Part shown: piece by piece, positions 52,681 through 62,300 of the stretch
How positions within the stretch are numbered: the stretch's first letter is position 1
How the letters are laid out: every line of letters begins with the position of its first letter
Assembly: GCA_963715985.1 (NCBI GenBank)
Contig: CAVQSP010000014.1
Span: 128,001 to 192,000, forward strand
Direction of reading: 5' to 3'
DNA length: 64,000 bases
From: an uncultured Thermoleophilia bacterium
Lineage (GTDB): Bacteria; Actinomycetota; Thermoleophilia; UBA2241
Translations under genes and position numbers: made by a program
Notes under the pieces: generated by a model
The model's database searches: none
What the model saw: the letters and a program-made list of their open reading frames with translations, nothing else
What the model was told of the DNA's origin: nothing

Positions 52681-52959
52681 GGCCTCGTGAGTTCCTTCTA
52701 CTCTGCCGGGCCTCCCTCGTGAAACCACGGGACAGGGGCGACCTGACCGATGCGGAGCTCGCTGCGCTGAAGGCGAAGCTCATTGGCAATCGGAAACGTG
52801 CGCTGGCGTCGGGAGGGCACACTCTTCCGTCTCTGCCGTTGTGTACCCTGTCGAGTCTCGGGAGCATCCCGAGATAGCGGAGCCGGCGTACCGTGTGACG
52901 GGCCGCCCTGTGAGTCGGGAAGAAGCCCCCACGGCAAGGATTGACGGGCAGGAGGTAGC

Positions 52960-53202
52960 ATGCGTGACGGCATCCGTGAAGCGGACGTGCAGACCGACGC
53001 CAACGGTGTGATCACGAACGTCAGGCTCGTGTTCGGACCACATCACTTCGTCGATCTCCACCGCCGGGAAGACGGCGGCGTCGACCTCGTCATGGGCACC
53101 ACCCACCATGGCTTTCGCGCCGACGCGTCCATCGTCGACAGCGAGCTCGAGCGAATCGTCAACGAGGTGCGCGAGGCGCACCCCGATCTGACGGTCGACT
53201 GA
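52960..53202 (+). CDS. Hypothetical protein, 80 aa
   Basis: AGGAGG RBS, good codon usage. Confidence 0.7.
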   Translation: MRDGIREADVQTDANGVITNVRLVFGPHHFVDLHRREDGGVDLVMGTTHHGFRADASIVDSELERIVNEVREAHPDLTVD

Positions 53203-53311
53203 CCATGGACGCCGATGAGGACATGAGCGAAGAGACTCTGACACAGCGGACTAACCATGCTCTCCGTACGCAGAAGCGGCTCTACACCATCCTCCGCTGA
53301 GAGGAGGCAAC

Positions 53312-53458
53312 ATGATCTTCTTCCTGTTCTTCATCGCTGCCGTCGTGATCGGCTACTTGATGCTCAAGTCGCCGGACTTCGCAACCGCCGTCAAGGGCGT
53401 CATCGCAGTGCTCGTCGTCATCTTCATCATCGCTGCAATCGCCGCAAGTTGCTCCTAG
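53312..53458 (+). CDS. Small two-TM membrane protein, 48 aa (not in the ORF track)
   Basis: AGGAGG RBS; MIFFLFFIAAVVIGYLMLKSPDFATAVKGVIAVLVVIFIIAAIAASCS*. Confidence 0.7.
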   Translation: MIFFLFFIAAVVIGYLMLKSPDFATAVKGVIAVLVVIFIIAAIAASCS

Positions 53459-53581
53459 ACGATATGGCTGTCTCTGTCCGCCGAGATCGTTGACGCAAGA
53501 CCGGACCCTGTTCGCATATGACGGGGGTTTGTCTGGCCGAAGACGAGCTTCGGCTGACCCCATACGAAGGAGGGTCCGGCG

Positions 53582-54658
53582 ATGGCAACCTTGTCATGGG
53601 CAGGTCTCGATGTCCACGCCCGCTCGACCGAAGCGGCGGCGCTCGACGCCGCCAGCGGCGAGCTCACGCGGCGGCGCTTCGGAGGCGGCACCGAGGCGGT
53701 GGTCGCCTGGCTCGCCGGGCTGCCGCAGCCGGTTCGGGCCTGCTACGAGGCGGGGCCGACCGGGTACGGGCTCTACCGCGCCGCCCGTGAGGCGGGCATC
53801 GCGATGCAGGTGATCGCCCCGGGCAAGACGCCCCGGGCCGCGGGCGACCGCGTCAAGAGCGACCGCAAGGACGCTGAGCTGCTGGTGCGCCTGCTGATGG
53901 CGGACGCGCTCACCCCCGTCGCCGTGCCGCCGCCCGAGGCCGAGGCGGCCCGTGACCTCAGCCGTGCCCGTGAGCAGCTGCGGGGCGACCTCATGCGGGC
54001 CCGCCACCGCGTCTCCAAGCTGCTCCTGCGCCACGGGCGCGTCTACGAGGGCAGCACCTGGACGCAGGCGCATCGCCGCTGGCTCGCCGGCCAGCGCTTC
54101 ACCCACGCGGCGACCGAGCTCGCCTACCTCGACGGTCTGGCCGCCGTGGACGGCCTTCTCGCCCGCCGCGAGGTCCTCGACCAGCGGCTCTCGCAGCTGG
54201 CGCTCGAGGATGCCTTCTGGCCGACCGTCGCGCGCCTGCGCTGCTTCCGCGGCATCGACACGCTCACGGCCCTCGCCCTGCACCTCGAGGTGCACGACTG
54301 GCGGCGCTTCGAGCGCGCCCCGCAGCTGGCCGCCTGGCTCGGGCTCACGCCCTCGCTGCACCAGTCCGGCGAGAGCTCCTCGCAGGGGGCGATCACCAAG
54401 ACCGGCTCCGCGCATGCCCGCCGGCTGCTCGTCGAGGCGGCGCACCACTACGCGCGCCCGCCGCGCCGGGGAGCCGCGCTCGCGCGGCGCCAAGCAGGCC
54501 AGAGCGACCACGTCCTGCAGACCGCCTGGCGCGCCCAGCACCGGCTCTTCCGCCTGCAGACGCGCCTGCGCGGGCGCGGCAAGCCGCCCAACGTCGCCAC
54601 CGTGGCGGCGGCGCGTGAGCTCGCCTGCTTCCTCTGGTCGGTGGCCACCGCCGACTGA
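53582..54658 (+). CDS. IS110 DEDD recombinase
   Basis: GLDVH, YEAGPTG, KSDRKDA, GLTPSLHQSG, AAAREL. Confidence 0.96.
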   Translation: MATLSWAGLDVHARSTEAAALDAASGELTRRRFGGGTEAVVAWLAGLPQPVRACYEAGPTGYGLYRAAREAGIAMQVIAPGKTPRAAGDRVKSDRKDAELLVRLLMADALTPVAVPPPEAEAARDLSRAREQLRGDLMRARHRVSKLLLRHGRVYEGSTWTQAHRRWLAGQRFTHAATELAYLDGLAAVDGLLARREVLDQRLSQLALEDAFWPTVARLRCFRGIDTLTALALHLEVHDWRRFERAPQLAAWLGLTPSLHQSGESSSQGAITKTGSAHARRLLVEAAHHYARPPRRGAALARRQAGQSDHVLQTAWRAQHRLFRLQTRLRGRGKPPNVATVAAARELACFLWSVATAD

Positions 54659-54659
54659 A

Positions 54660-54870
54660 GAGTCGGGCGCATAGCCGCCCGCTCGAGGGACGCCGCACCG
54701 CACGACGCCAGCCGGCATGCGCGTTTCTGCTATGGGCAGCCGCCCTTGCGGGGCGGTCACGCCCGCTCCTAGAGCCGCGCTCCGCCGGCGACGGAGAGAC
54801 GTCTTGGGGCGCGAAGATCCCCGCATATCAGACTGACTGACGGTCGCAGGCTGCGTGCGGCGTCCCTCCG
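54660..54870 (+). ncRNA. Bridge/seek RNA (boundaries approximate)
   Basis: Two stem-flanked internal loops whose guide segments match the target and the donor junction (see findings). Confidence 0.8.
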
Positions 54871-54947
54871 GCGGGCCTTCTCTCCGGTCTCTTCGGACCG
54901 GGTGGCAGGGCTTTGCCGCTTGACGGGAGTGCGGGCCATATCAGCAG

Positions 54948-55003
54948 ACTGCGCGTGACTGTGACGGATGAGAGAACTGCGCGTGACTGTGACGGATGAG
55001 AGA
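54948..55003. repeat. Exact 28-bp tandem duplication
   Basis: ACTGCGCGTGACTGTGACGGATGAGAGA x2. Confidence 0.95.
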
Positions 55004-55017
55004 AAGGAGGGGTAGTC

Positions 55018-55206
55018 ATGGGTGAAGTGAACTTCGTAGCCTTCGACAGTGAGAAGGGGGTGCCTACGGCGTCCACATCCGGATCGCCGGTGGACGTTGC
55101 CGACTTCCTCTCGATCTGGATGAAGAACAACAACGACGGGATCTCTCTGGCCGAGCAGCTCGGCGTGGACTTCCTGCGGCCCGGCAACCATCCTGAGGGC
55201 GAGTGA
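55018..55206 (+). CDS. Hypothetical protein, 62 aa
   Basis: AAGGAGG RBS; protein-like. Confidence 0.6.
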   Translation: MGEVNFVAFDSEKGVPTASTSGSPVDVADFLSIWMKNNNDGISLAEQLGVDFLRPGNHPEGE

Positions 55207-55389
55207 CGCCGACTCCAAGCAGATTCGATCGTCTGGCGCGGTCGGCGCGAACGTCACATGCACCTCGTGATCGTCATCTTGTCCTCGCCGGGGTGACGAT
55301 GACGAGAGTCACGACATGGGGTGTCTCACGACCAATGTCCCTGTTGGACCTCCGTTGCCATATCATCCCACATTTGGGATACTCGCGAC

Positions 55390-55776
55390 GTGAAGGCTCC
55401 CTCGTTCAGGGAGCTCATCTGGGTGGGGTCTTCGCTCAAGGACTTGCGCGGTTTCCCAGAGGAGGTGCGGCAGATCATGGGGTTCGCGTTGTACCTCGCG
55501 CAGAAGGGCGGCAAGCATCCGGCCGCGAAGCCTCTCAAGGGCTTTCGCGGCGCGGGCGTTCTCGAGGTAGTCGGCGATGACCATGGGGACGCGTATCGCG
55601 CGGTCTACACCCTTCGGTTTGCCGGTCGAATCTACGTTCTGCACGCGTTCCAGAAGAAGGCGAAGCGGGGAGCCGCTACGCCGAGGCGTGACAGAGACCT
55701 TGTCTGTGAGCGTCTGGAGCACGCGCGCCTGATTGACGCGTCGCGCCGGCGTTGTGCCGGGGGAGGTGGCGCATGA
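55390..55776 (+). CDS. RelE/HigB (Gp49-like) toxin, probably leaderless
   Basis: WVGSSLKDL..FP, YRAVY, YVLHAFQKK; TTGCCA-N17-GATACT and ATCCCA/TGGGAT palindrome just upstream. Confidence 0.9.
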   Translation: MKAPSFRELIWVGSSLKDLRGFPEEVRQIMGFALYLAQKGGKHPAAKPLKGFRGAGVLEVVGDDHGDAYRAVYTLRFAGRIYVLHAFQKKAKRGAATPRRDRDLVCERLEHARLIDASRRRCAGGGGA

Positions 55777-56111
55777 AAGGCGCGGCGCCGGAGTATGAGG
55801 TCAGCACCGGCAACGTGTTCGCCGATCTCGGCTTGCCGGCATCGGGGGAGCTCCTGGCCAAGGCGGAGCTGGCGCGCCGGATCGCCGACCTGGCGGCGCA
55901 GCGCCGGCTGACGCAGGCCGAGGCGGCGCACATCCTCGGTACCACTCAGCCCAAGGTCTCCGAGCTCTTCGCCGGCAAGCTCGCCGGCTTCTCGGTGGAG
56001 CGCCTGATCCGCTTTCTCAACGCTTTCGGCCAGGATGTGGAGATCCGCGTCTCGCCGAAGCCACGCAGTCACGAGAGCGCCACGGTGCGCGTGCTCGGTC
56101 GCGGGCGCTAA
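55773..56111 (+). CDS. XRE-family antitoxin
   Basis: GNVFADLG, LTQAEAA.ILG.TQPKVS, FSVERL. Confidence 0.92.
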   Translation: MKGAAPEYEVSTGNVFADLGLPASGELLAKAELARRIADLAAQRRLTQAEAAHILGTTQPKVSELFAGKLAGFSVERLIRFLNAFGQDVEIRVSPKPRSHESATVRVLGRGR

Positions 56112-56234
56112 GGACGCCGCGGGCGGCGGCTGCTCTCCGTTCAGCCCCATTTCCGCAAAGCTCCTCCCGCGCCGTCGCCGAGCGTCCAATTCAAGTCCCT
56201 TCTTCCCGACATTCACCGCTCCAACAAGCAGCGG

Positions 56235-56529
56235 ATGGAGATCGTCTGCAGCTTGGGCCGCCGGCAGTTCTCGTTCACCGTCGAAGGTCGCATGCACACG
56301 GCCGCTCTGGACGGAGCTGTGCTCGCCTATCTCATCGAAGGCTTTGCGACGGCAGACGCGGCGGCGGCTCCGACGCCCGCTTCGCGATCGCCGCGGAGCG
56401 CCCGAGGCGGCGGAGCGCGGGCCCAGAAAGCGCGGCTGGCGAGATCGAGAGGCTCGTGAAGCTTCGCGTCAGGGGGACCTGACCGATGCGGAGCTCGCGG
56501 CGCTCAAAGCGAAACTGACTGGCGGCTAG
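56235..56529 (+). pseudogene. Hypothetical protein ending in a SHOCT domain (frameshifted)
   Basis: EIERLVKLR..GDLTDAELAALKAKL*; related relic at 52716-52787. Confidence 0.45.
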
Positions 56530-56641
56530 GCGGGGCGGAGCGACGGGTCTGTTGCTGTCGACCAGACGTTCGAGGACAAGCGCACCGCATCCCACCTGCT
56601 ATCCTTCGTCATGGCCTGAGTCGTCGGTGCAAGGAGTCTCC

Positions 56642-57974
56642 ATGGACTCTCGTTCCTACAGGGTGGGCAGGTCCCGGATCACGCTGCAGTTCGGGGACAT
56701 CACGACATCCCAGGCGGAGGTCATTGTCAGCTCCGACGACTTCCTGCTGTCGATGGGCGGAGGGGTGTCCGCGTCCATCCTGCTGCCGGCGGTCGGCGCA
56801 TCGCCGGCGATGCCGCCAAGCTGAGGCCGGTCCGGGTGGCCGACGTCGTCGTCTCCACGGCCGGCGACCTGCCGGCGAAGTACGTGATGCACGCGATCAC
56901 CCTGGGTCCTCTGGCGGACCAGCTGCCTGACGAGGCGGTCATCCGGCAGACGACGCAGCGCGCGCTCCGTCTCGCCACATCGCTGGGGTGCTCGTCCATC
57001 GCGTTTCCCGCGATCGGCTCGGGCGTGGCGGGAATCGCCTTCCACGTCGTCGCTTCTCAGATGGCAGGCGCCCTCGTGGACTACCTCCTGGGCTCGGAGG
57101 CGCCGCTGGGCGTCGAGCTCTACTTCAAGGAGCAGCACCGCCGCGAGGGTGCACGCGACCTGTTCCCGTTCTTCGAGGCGTTCGCCGGGCGTACCCGCGG
57201 GCTGGAGACCAAGGTCGATCCGGATGGCGCCGTGCTCGGGCCGCCGCCGGTGGAAGGGAGAAGGGTGCGGCTGCCGGACATGACGAAGGAATCCCACGCG
57301 TCGCCGACAGGTCTACGACATGCTGCGGCTTCTGGATGGGCGAAGGGACCAGCTCGAGGCCGACCTCGTCCAGGCGCTGATGGGCGAGGGCCCCAGCCCG
57401 GAGCACACGATCTCACTGTTGCGAAGCCAGCTCGAGTTTTGGCTGCCCTGCGGCACAACTACGCGTCGGAGCTTGAGAGGAGGGGGCGCGACCCGCTCCG
57501 TCGCCGGCCGGTGACTCCGTGTTCGTCAGCTCCACCGCCGTCGACCTCAAGGAACACAGGTTGGCCGTGCGGAACACGATCGACGGGCTGAAGCTCACCT
57601 TCGTCGGCATGGAGGAGTTCACGCCGACGGCCACCGCACCGGCGGACCTCATCCGCGCCAAGGTCGACAGCGCCGAGGCCTACTTCGGGATCCTGGGCAT
57701 GCGCTACGGCAGCGTGGACCAAGCCTCCGGACTCTCGATGACCGAGCTGGAGTACCGGCAGGCGCTCGCCAGCGGCAAGCCGCTCTTCATGTTCGTGATG
57801 GACAGGAGCGCCACCATCCGGGCTGACATGGTCGAGGACGATCCTGAGCGCTACGCCAAGCTCCTCGATTTCCGCAAGCGCGTGCTCACCGCCCACGTGT
57901 GCGCCATGTTCTGCAGCGTGGAGGAGCTGAAGCAGAAGGCCGAGGCCAGCCTCAAGGACGCCTTCGGGCTGTAG
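56642..57974 (+). CDS. Macrodomain - helical linker - DUF4062 fusion (several frameshifts)
   Basis: AAGGAG RBS; GDIT, MGGGVS, HAIT, IAFPAIGSG; then VFVSST.DL..R, GILGMRYGS, SMTELEY. Confidence 0.75.
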
Positions 57975-58286
57975 GCCTCCGGGTGCCGGTGTCGCCGCCG
58001 TCCCAGTCCGTGTGCACCCAAGTCGTCTCCGTGGGTGTTCGCGGAGAACATGAAGCCGCCGGACGAGTTCATGCGGGAGCTTGCCGGAGAGGCCCCGCGC
58101 AGCTGGGTGTTCGGCGGCGACTGTCACCCACTGCGCCGCATGGTCATCCTCGTCCGATGCGGCGCGCCCGGGTAGGCTGCGGGCGGCCATGGATGCTGAG
58201 ATCGACACGATCGCGGGCAGCGTGCGACCCGCCGGTCCCTTGAGCTCGTTCCGGGCATGATGAATCATCATACTTGGAGGTACGTC

Positions 58287-58529
58287 ATGGGACGCGCGAA
58301 GATCGCCATCACGATCGATGGGGAAATCCTCGGCGCCATCGACCGTTTGGTGTCGGAGCACCGCTTCCCCAATCGCAGCCAAGCCATTCAGGAGGCCTTG
58401 GACGAGAAGCTCTCGCGACTTGCTCACAGCCGCCTGGCGGAGGAGTGCGCGAAGCTCGACCCCGGCCTCGAGCAGGCGCTGGCCGAGGAGGGCATGGGCG
58501 GGGAGTTGGCGGAGTGGCCGGAATACTGA
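58287..58529 (+). CDS. Ribbon-helix-helix antitoxin
   Basis: KIAITID...[11 protein letters not shown]; ATGATGA-A-TCATCAT operator at 58257-58271. Confidence 0.9.
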   Translation: MGRAKIAITIDGEILGAIDRLVSEHRFPNRSQAIQEALDEKLSRLAHSRLAEECAKLDPGLEQALAEEGMGGELAEWPEY

Positions 58530-58852
58530 GGGGCGCTGTCCACTGGGCCGATCTGAGCCCGACTCGAGGACACGATCAGTCGGGCCGGCGGCCCGTTCTC
58601 ATCCTCAGTGCCGACGTCTTCAACGAGCGCTCGGGTACGGTGATCGCGGTCGAGTTGACGACTCAGCCTCAGCGAGCCGGCTTCCCTCTCACGCTGGAGC
58701 TTGACTCCGCGCAGCTCACCAAGCCGTCGTGGGTCAAGATCAGCCAGATCCGCACCCTGTCGGTGCAGCGCATCGGCAGCAGGCTCGGGGCCGCCTCGCC
58801 GGAGGAGGTCGCACGGGTGATCGAGGGTCTGAACGAGATCCTTGGGGCGTGA
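58514..58852 (+). CDS. mazF: PemK/MazF family toxin
   Basis: [29 protein letters not shown]. Confidence 0.92.
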   Translation: MAGILRGAVHWADLSPTRGHDQSGRRPVLILSADVFNERSGTVIAVELTTQPQRAGFPLTLELDSAQLTKPSWVKISQIRTLSVQRIGSRLGAASPEEVARVIEGLNEILGA

Positions 58853-58854
58853 CC

Positions 58855-60187
58855 CGTCTTGTCTTGACCAGCTGCCCGCGCGCGGCCGATGGGGTCCGCG
58901 CCTGCGCCGGCCCGCCTTTGGCGTCCGCTCCGTCCCAATCCGTGTGCACCCAGATCGTCTCCTTTGCGGCGACGGCCGTCGTCAGACGCTCCAGATCCTC
59001 CGGCCACGCGTGCCCGCCGGCGTGGACGAGGCGCGCCTCCACGCCGGCGCGCTCTGCCCACGTGCGCAGCGCGCAGCCGTCGCGCTCCCAGTAGCCGCTC
59101 CACAGCGACCAGACGAGGGTGACCCGCTCGGGTCCGATCTTGTCGAGCAGCTTGGTCACGCCGTAGCTGCCGCGCGTGCACAGAAGGAAGCGGCTCGGGT
59201 GTCGCGGCCAGCTCGTCGCTGGACACGCGGCCTTCGGCGCTCATCGCGCGCGCGAGGTCCATGAGCCCGGCGTTCTCGAGGCGCTCGACCTGGGAGGGCA
59301 CGAAGCTGACGCGCACGCCCTCCCAGCTGAACTGGGGGATGTTCCTGGAGAGCGGCGCCAGCTGCATGAGCACGTAGGCCTGGTACGGGTCGATGACGAG
59401 CTGGCGGCCGCGGCGGCGTGCCGCGCGGAAGCAGGAGACGAGGCGGTCGACGTTCTGGCCTGAAGAGGCGACGGCGAGCAGCTTGTCCGGGCCGGCCGTC
59501 CATCAGCTCAAGCAGGCGCTCCTCGACGTCGGCCTCGCTCTTCAGGCCGTGGGTCCCACCGGACGAGCCCAGCGTGGTGCCCTCGACGAGCAGCCAGTCG
59601 ACGCCACGCACGCGCTCGTCGGTGAGGAGGTTCTCAAAGCGGAAGCCGGTGCGTCCGTGGGCGCGCAGGTCGCCGGTGTAGAGCAGGCGCTGCCCGTCGG
59701 CCTCCACAAGCAGTGCGCGGGAGTCCGGCGCCGCGTGGTCAACGGGGATGGGCGTCACGGTGATGCCGCCGACGCGCAATGGCTCCTCGTCAGGCAGCAC
59801 GCGCAGGTCCGCCGGCAGTCGCGTCCTGGGGAAGAAGACGCGCCCCACCTCGAGGATCGCGATCGTCCCACGGCTCCCGTACACCGGGATCGCAGGGTGG
59901 GCGTGGTGCGCCAGGCCCCAGTGGTCGGCGTGTGAGTGCGTGAGGATGATGGCGGCGACGTCCGGCGCCGCAAGGTCGCTCGGGAAGACGCCGGGCACGT
60001 CGACGAGCACGCCCTCGGCGATGAGCTCGGCGGTGGGCCGCTGCGGCGTGTCGCGTGGGAAGTCGCCGCCGTCGGGCGCGACCAGCGGCATGCCGAGGTC
60101 GAGCAGCACGCGCGTGCCGTCGTCCGCGGCGACCTCTATGCACATGCCGCCGATCTCGTGAGGGCCGCGGTGGATGATGTGGTGGAT
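58855..60187 (-). CDS. MBL-fold metallo-hydrolase (RNase J-like), frameshifted; start and 3' end uncertain
   Basis: HRG.HEIGG, THSHADH, VDH, YTGDLR.HG, VEGT, SLWSGY, HAGGHA. Confidence 0.8.
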
Positions 60188-60381
60188 GGCAGTCTCCTTG
60201 GTGGTTGACGAGCGGGGCCCAGTAGAGGGTGGCACGCGGAGGGGACGGACGAGTCGTCACCTTGCTCGCGTGATGGTCATCCTGTCCCCGAGGTTCGACG
60301 GCATCTACGCTGTCGCCCTGACCTGCAGCGCCGCCCGCAGAGGCTGATGACAAAAGGCACACAATGAACTACAGTGAACTC

Positions 60382-60675
60382 ATGAAGCCGTTCCGCTGGA
60401 GCGCTGAGAAGGACGACGAACTCAAGACGGGACGGGGCATCTCCTTTGAGGTGATCGTGGTGGCGGTCGGTGCCGGCGGCCTGCTTGATGTGCTGCCTCA
60501 TCCGAATCAGGCGAGATACCCGCACCAGCGGGTACTGGTCGTGGCGGCGGATGCGTATGCGTACCTGGTGCCGTTTGTGGAAGAAGACGAGTACGTGTTC
60601 CTGAAGACCATCATCCCCAGCCGCAAGGCCACACGGGACTACCTGCGAGAGGGTGAGGGCTATGACGAACCTTGA
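60382..60675 (+). CDS. BrnT-like toxin
   Basis: FRWSAEK...RGISFE...HPN...YLVPFV...FLKTIIPSRK. Confidence 0.85.
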   Translation: MKPFRWSAEKDDELKTGRGISFEVIVVAVGAGGLLDVLPHPNQARYPHQRVLVVAADAYAYLVPFVEEDEYVFLKTIIPSRKATRDYLREGEGYDEP

Positions 60676-60964
60676 CGCCTACGAAGCCGACCTGCTTCGT
60701 GCCTACGAGGCCGGCGAGCTCAAGTCGATCGCGACCAGGGAGGAGCTGGCCAGGCTCAGGGCGGCGGCGCGTGCGACGGCGACAAAGGACCGCCGGGTGA
60801 ACATCCGCCTCTCGTCCGGCGACCTCATGGACATCCAGGCGAAAGCGCTTGAAGAAGGCATCCCGTACCAGACGCTGATCGCGAGCGTACTGCACAAATA
60901 CGTGAGCGGACGGCTGACGGAGAGGGACGTCTCCCCAGGCAGGACGGCCTCTGCTCGCGGGTGA
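60662..60964 (+). CDS. CopG/BrnA-like antitoxin
   Basis: RVNIRLS..DL..IQ..A..EGIPYQTLI.SVLHKY. Confidence 0.88.
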   Translation: MTNLDAYEADLLRAYEAGELKSIATREELARLRAAARATATKDRRVNIRLSSGDLMDIQAKALEEGIPYQTLIASVLHKYVSGRLTERDVSPGRTASARG

Positions 60965-61043
60965 CCGATTGCCCGGCGGGCGGGGCGGCTGAAGCGATGG
61001 GCGCCTCGCCGCCATGACGGTCTTCAGGCGCCATCCTGCCTCG

Positions 61044-62198
61044 TCACAGCTCCCCCATGGGGGTCCGCAGTGCGTCCAGCACGGGTCGCGCTACGTAGAG
61101 CCTCCTCCATGCGCGCTCGCCGACCTCCTCGAGCAAGCCGGCGGCGACGAGCGTCTGGACCGCGGTCCGAGCGGTCGGGTTGGTCACGCCGAGGCGTCGC
61201 TGCGCCTCGGCGACCGTGATGTAGGGGGTGCGCAGCAGCTCGTCGACCAGAGCCAGGGCTTTGGGCTTGCCCTGCACGCGCAGCCGGAAGTCCTCGCGGA
61301 GGCGCATGATCTCGCGTGCCTGGCCGGCCGCGCGCACGCTCGTCTCGCGCACCCCGGTGAGGAAGAACAACAGCCACGTTCGCCAGTCCCCGTCCGTCCG
61401 CACGCGCAGAAGTGCGTCGTAGTAATCGCTGCGATGCGCTTCGATGTACGCGGAGAGGTAGAGGAGCGGTTGCGTGAGGCGTGCACGCTCTGTGAGGAAC
61501 AGTGTGATGAGGAGCCGGCCCACGCGGCCGTTGCCGTCGAGGAAGGGGTGGATGGCTTCGAACTGCTCGTGCATGATCGCGCACTGCACAAGGTCCGGCA
61601 GGCTGGTGCGGTCGTGGAGGAAGCGTTCCCAGTCAGAGAGCGCCTCGTGCATCTCGGGCACGGGCGGCGGCACGTAGGTGGCGGTCGCCGGTGTGGAGCC
61701 GGGAGGCCCGATCCAGTTCTGCGAGCGCCGGAACTCGCCCGGCGTCATGTGTCCGCCGCGGACGCCCCGCATGAGGTGCTCGTGCAGTTCGCGCACGAAC
61801 CGGAGGGACAGAGGCAGGACCCTGAGGCGATCCAGCCCATGTTCGAGCGCCTCGATGTAGTTGCGCACCTCGCGGAGGTCCTCGGGGTGACTGTCGGGTG
61901 GCGCCGCGTCCACCTCGTCCATGAGAAGCTCGGAGAGCGTGGTGCGCGTGCCCTCGATGCGCGACGAGAGCACGGCCTCTTGCCGCAGGTAGGGGGCGAT
62001 GAGCAGATGAGGGTTGGGGAGTTGCTCGCCGGCGACGGAGAGCTCGCTCAGTCCGGCGTCGGCGCGGGAGAGCGCGAGGACGAGGTCCTTGCCGTAGTCG
62101 AGGTCAGGAGGGAGGGGGGCCGGCACGAAGGCGTCGTAGCCCTCCGGTGTCCGCACGATCCTGCCGGCGCTCGTGCTACGGAATGTGCTCGTGTCCAC
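61044..62198 (-). CDS. Fic family protein with C-terminal HTH
   Basis: SSRIEG inhibitory motif, HPFLDGNGRVGR. Confidence 0.95.
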   Translation of the reverse strand: MDTSTFRSTSAGRIVRTPEGYDAFVPAPLPPDLDYGKDLVLALSRADAGLSELSVAGEQLPNPHLLIAPYLRQEAVLSSRIEGTRTTLSELLMDEVDAAPPDSHPEDLREVRNYIEALEHGLDRLRVLPLSLRFVRELHEHLMRGVRGGHMTPGEFRRSQNWIGPPGSTPATATYVPPPVPEMHEALSDWERFLHDRTSLPDLVQCAIMHEQFEAIHPFLDGNGRVGRLLITLFLTERARLTQPLLYLSAYIEAHRSDYYDALLRVRTDGDWRTWLLFFLTGVRETSVRAAGQAREIMRLREDFRLRVQGKPKALALVDELLRTPYITVAEAQRRLGVTNPTARTAVQTLVAAGLLEEVGERAWRRLYVARPVLDALRTPMGEL

Positions 62199-62228
62199 GT
62201 TCGTCTCCCGGAGGCGGCTTGCGGCCGC

Positions 62229-62294
62229 TTTCAAAGTCCCGGCTGCTTTGAAAATCCGTGCTCAGATATTTGCAGAGTTCCCGGTACTCTGCAA
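62229..62294. promoter_or_regulatory. Two related palindromes upstream of fic
   Basis: TTTCAAAG-N9-CTTTGAAA and TTGCAGAGT-N7-ACTCTGCAA. Confidence 0.6.
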
Positions 62295-62300
62295 GTGGGC

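Larger units (their letters stand above)
53457..54944 (+). mobile_element. Complete IS110-family (IS1111-type) element
   Basis: AG core at both ends; subterminal IRs GATATGGC (53461) / GCCATATC (54935); long 3' non-coding region. Confidence 0.9.

Noticed and set aside
53249-56580. Further attC sites at about 53250 (GACTAAC) and 56557
   Set aside because: Only half-site resemblance with no complementary arm
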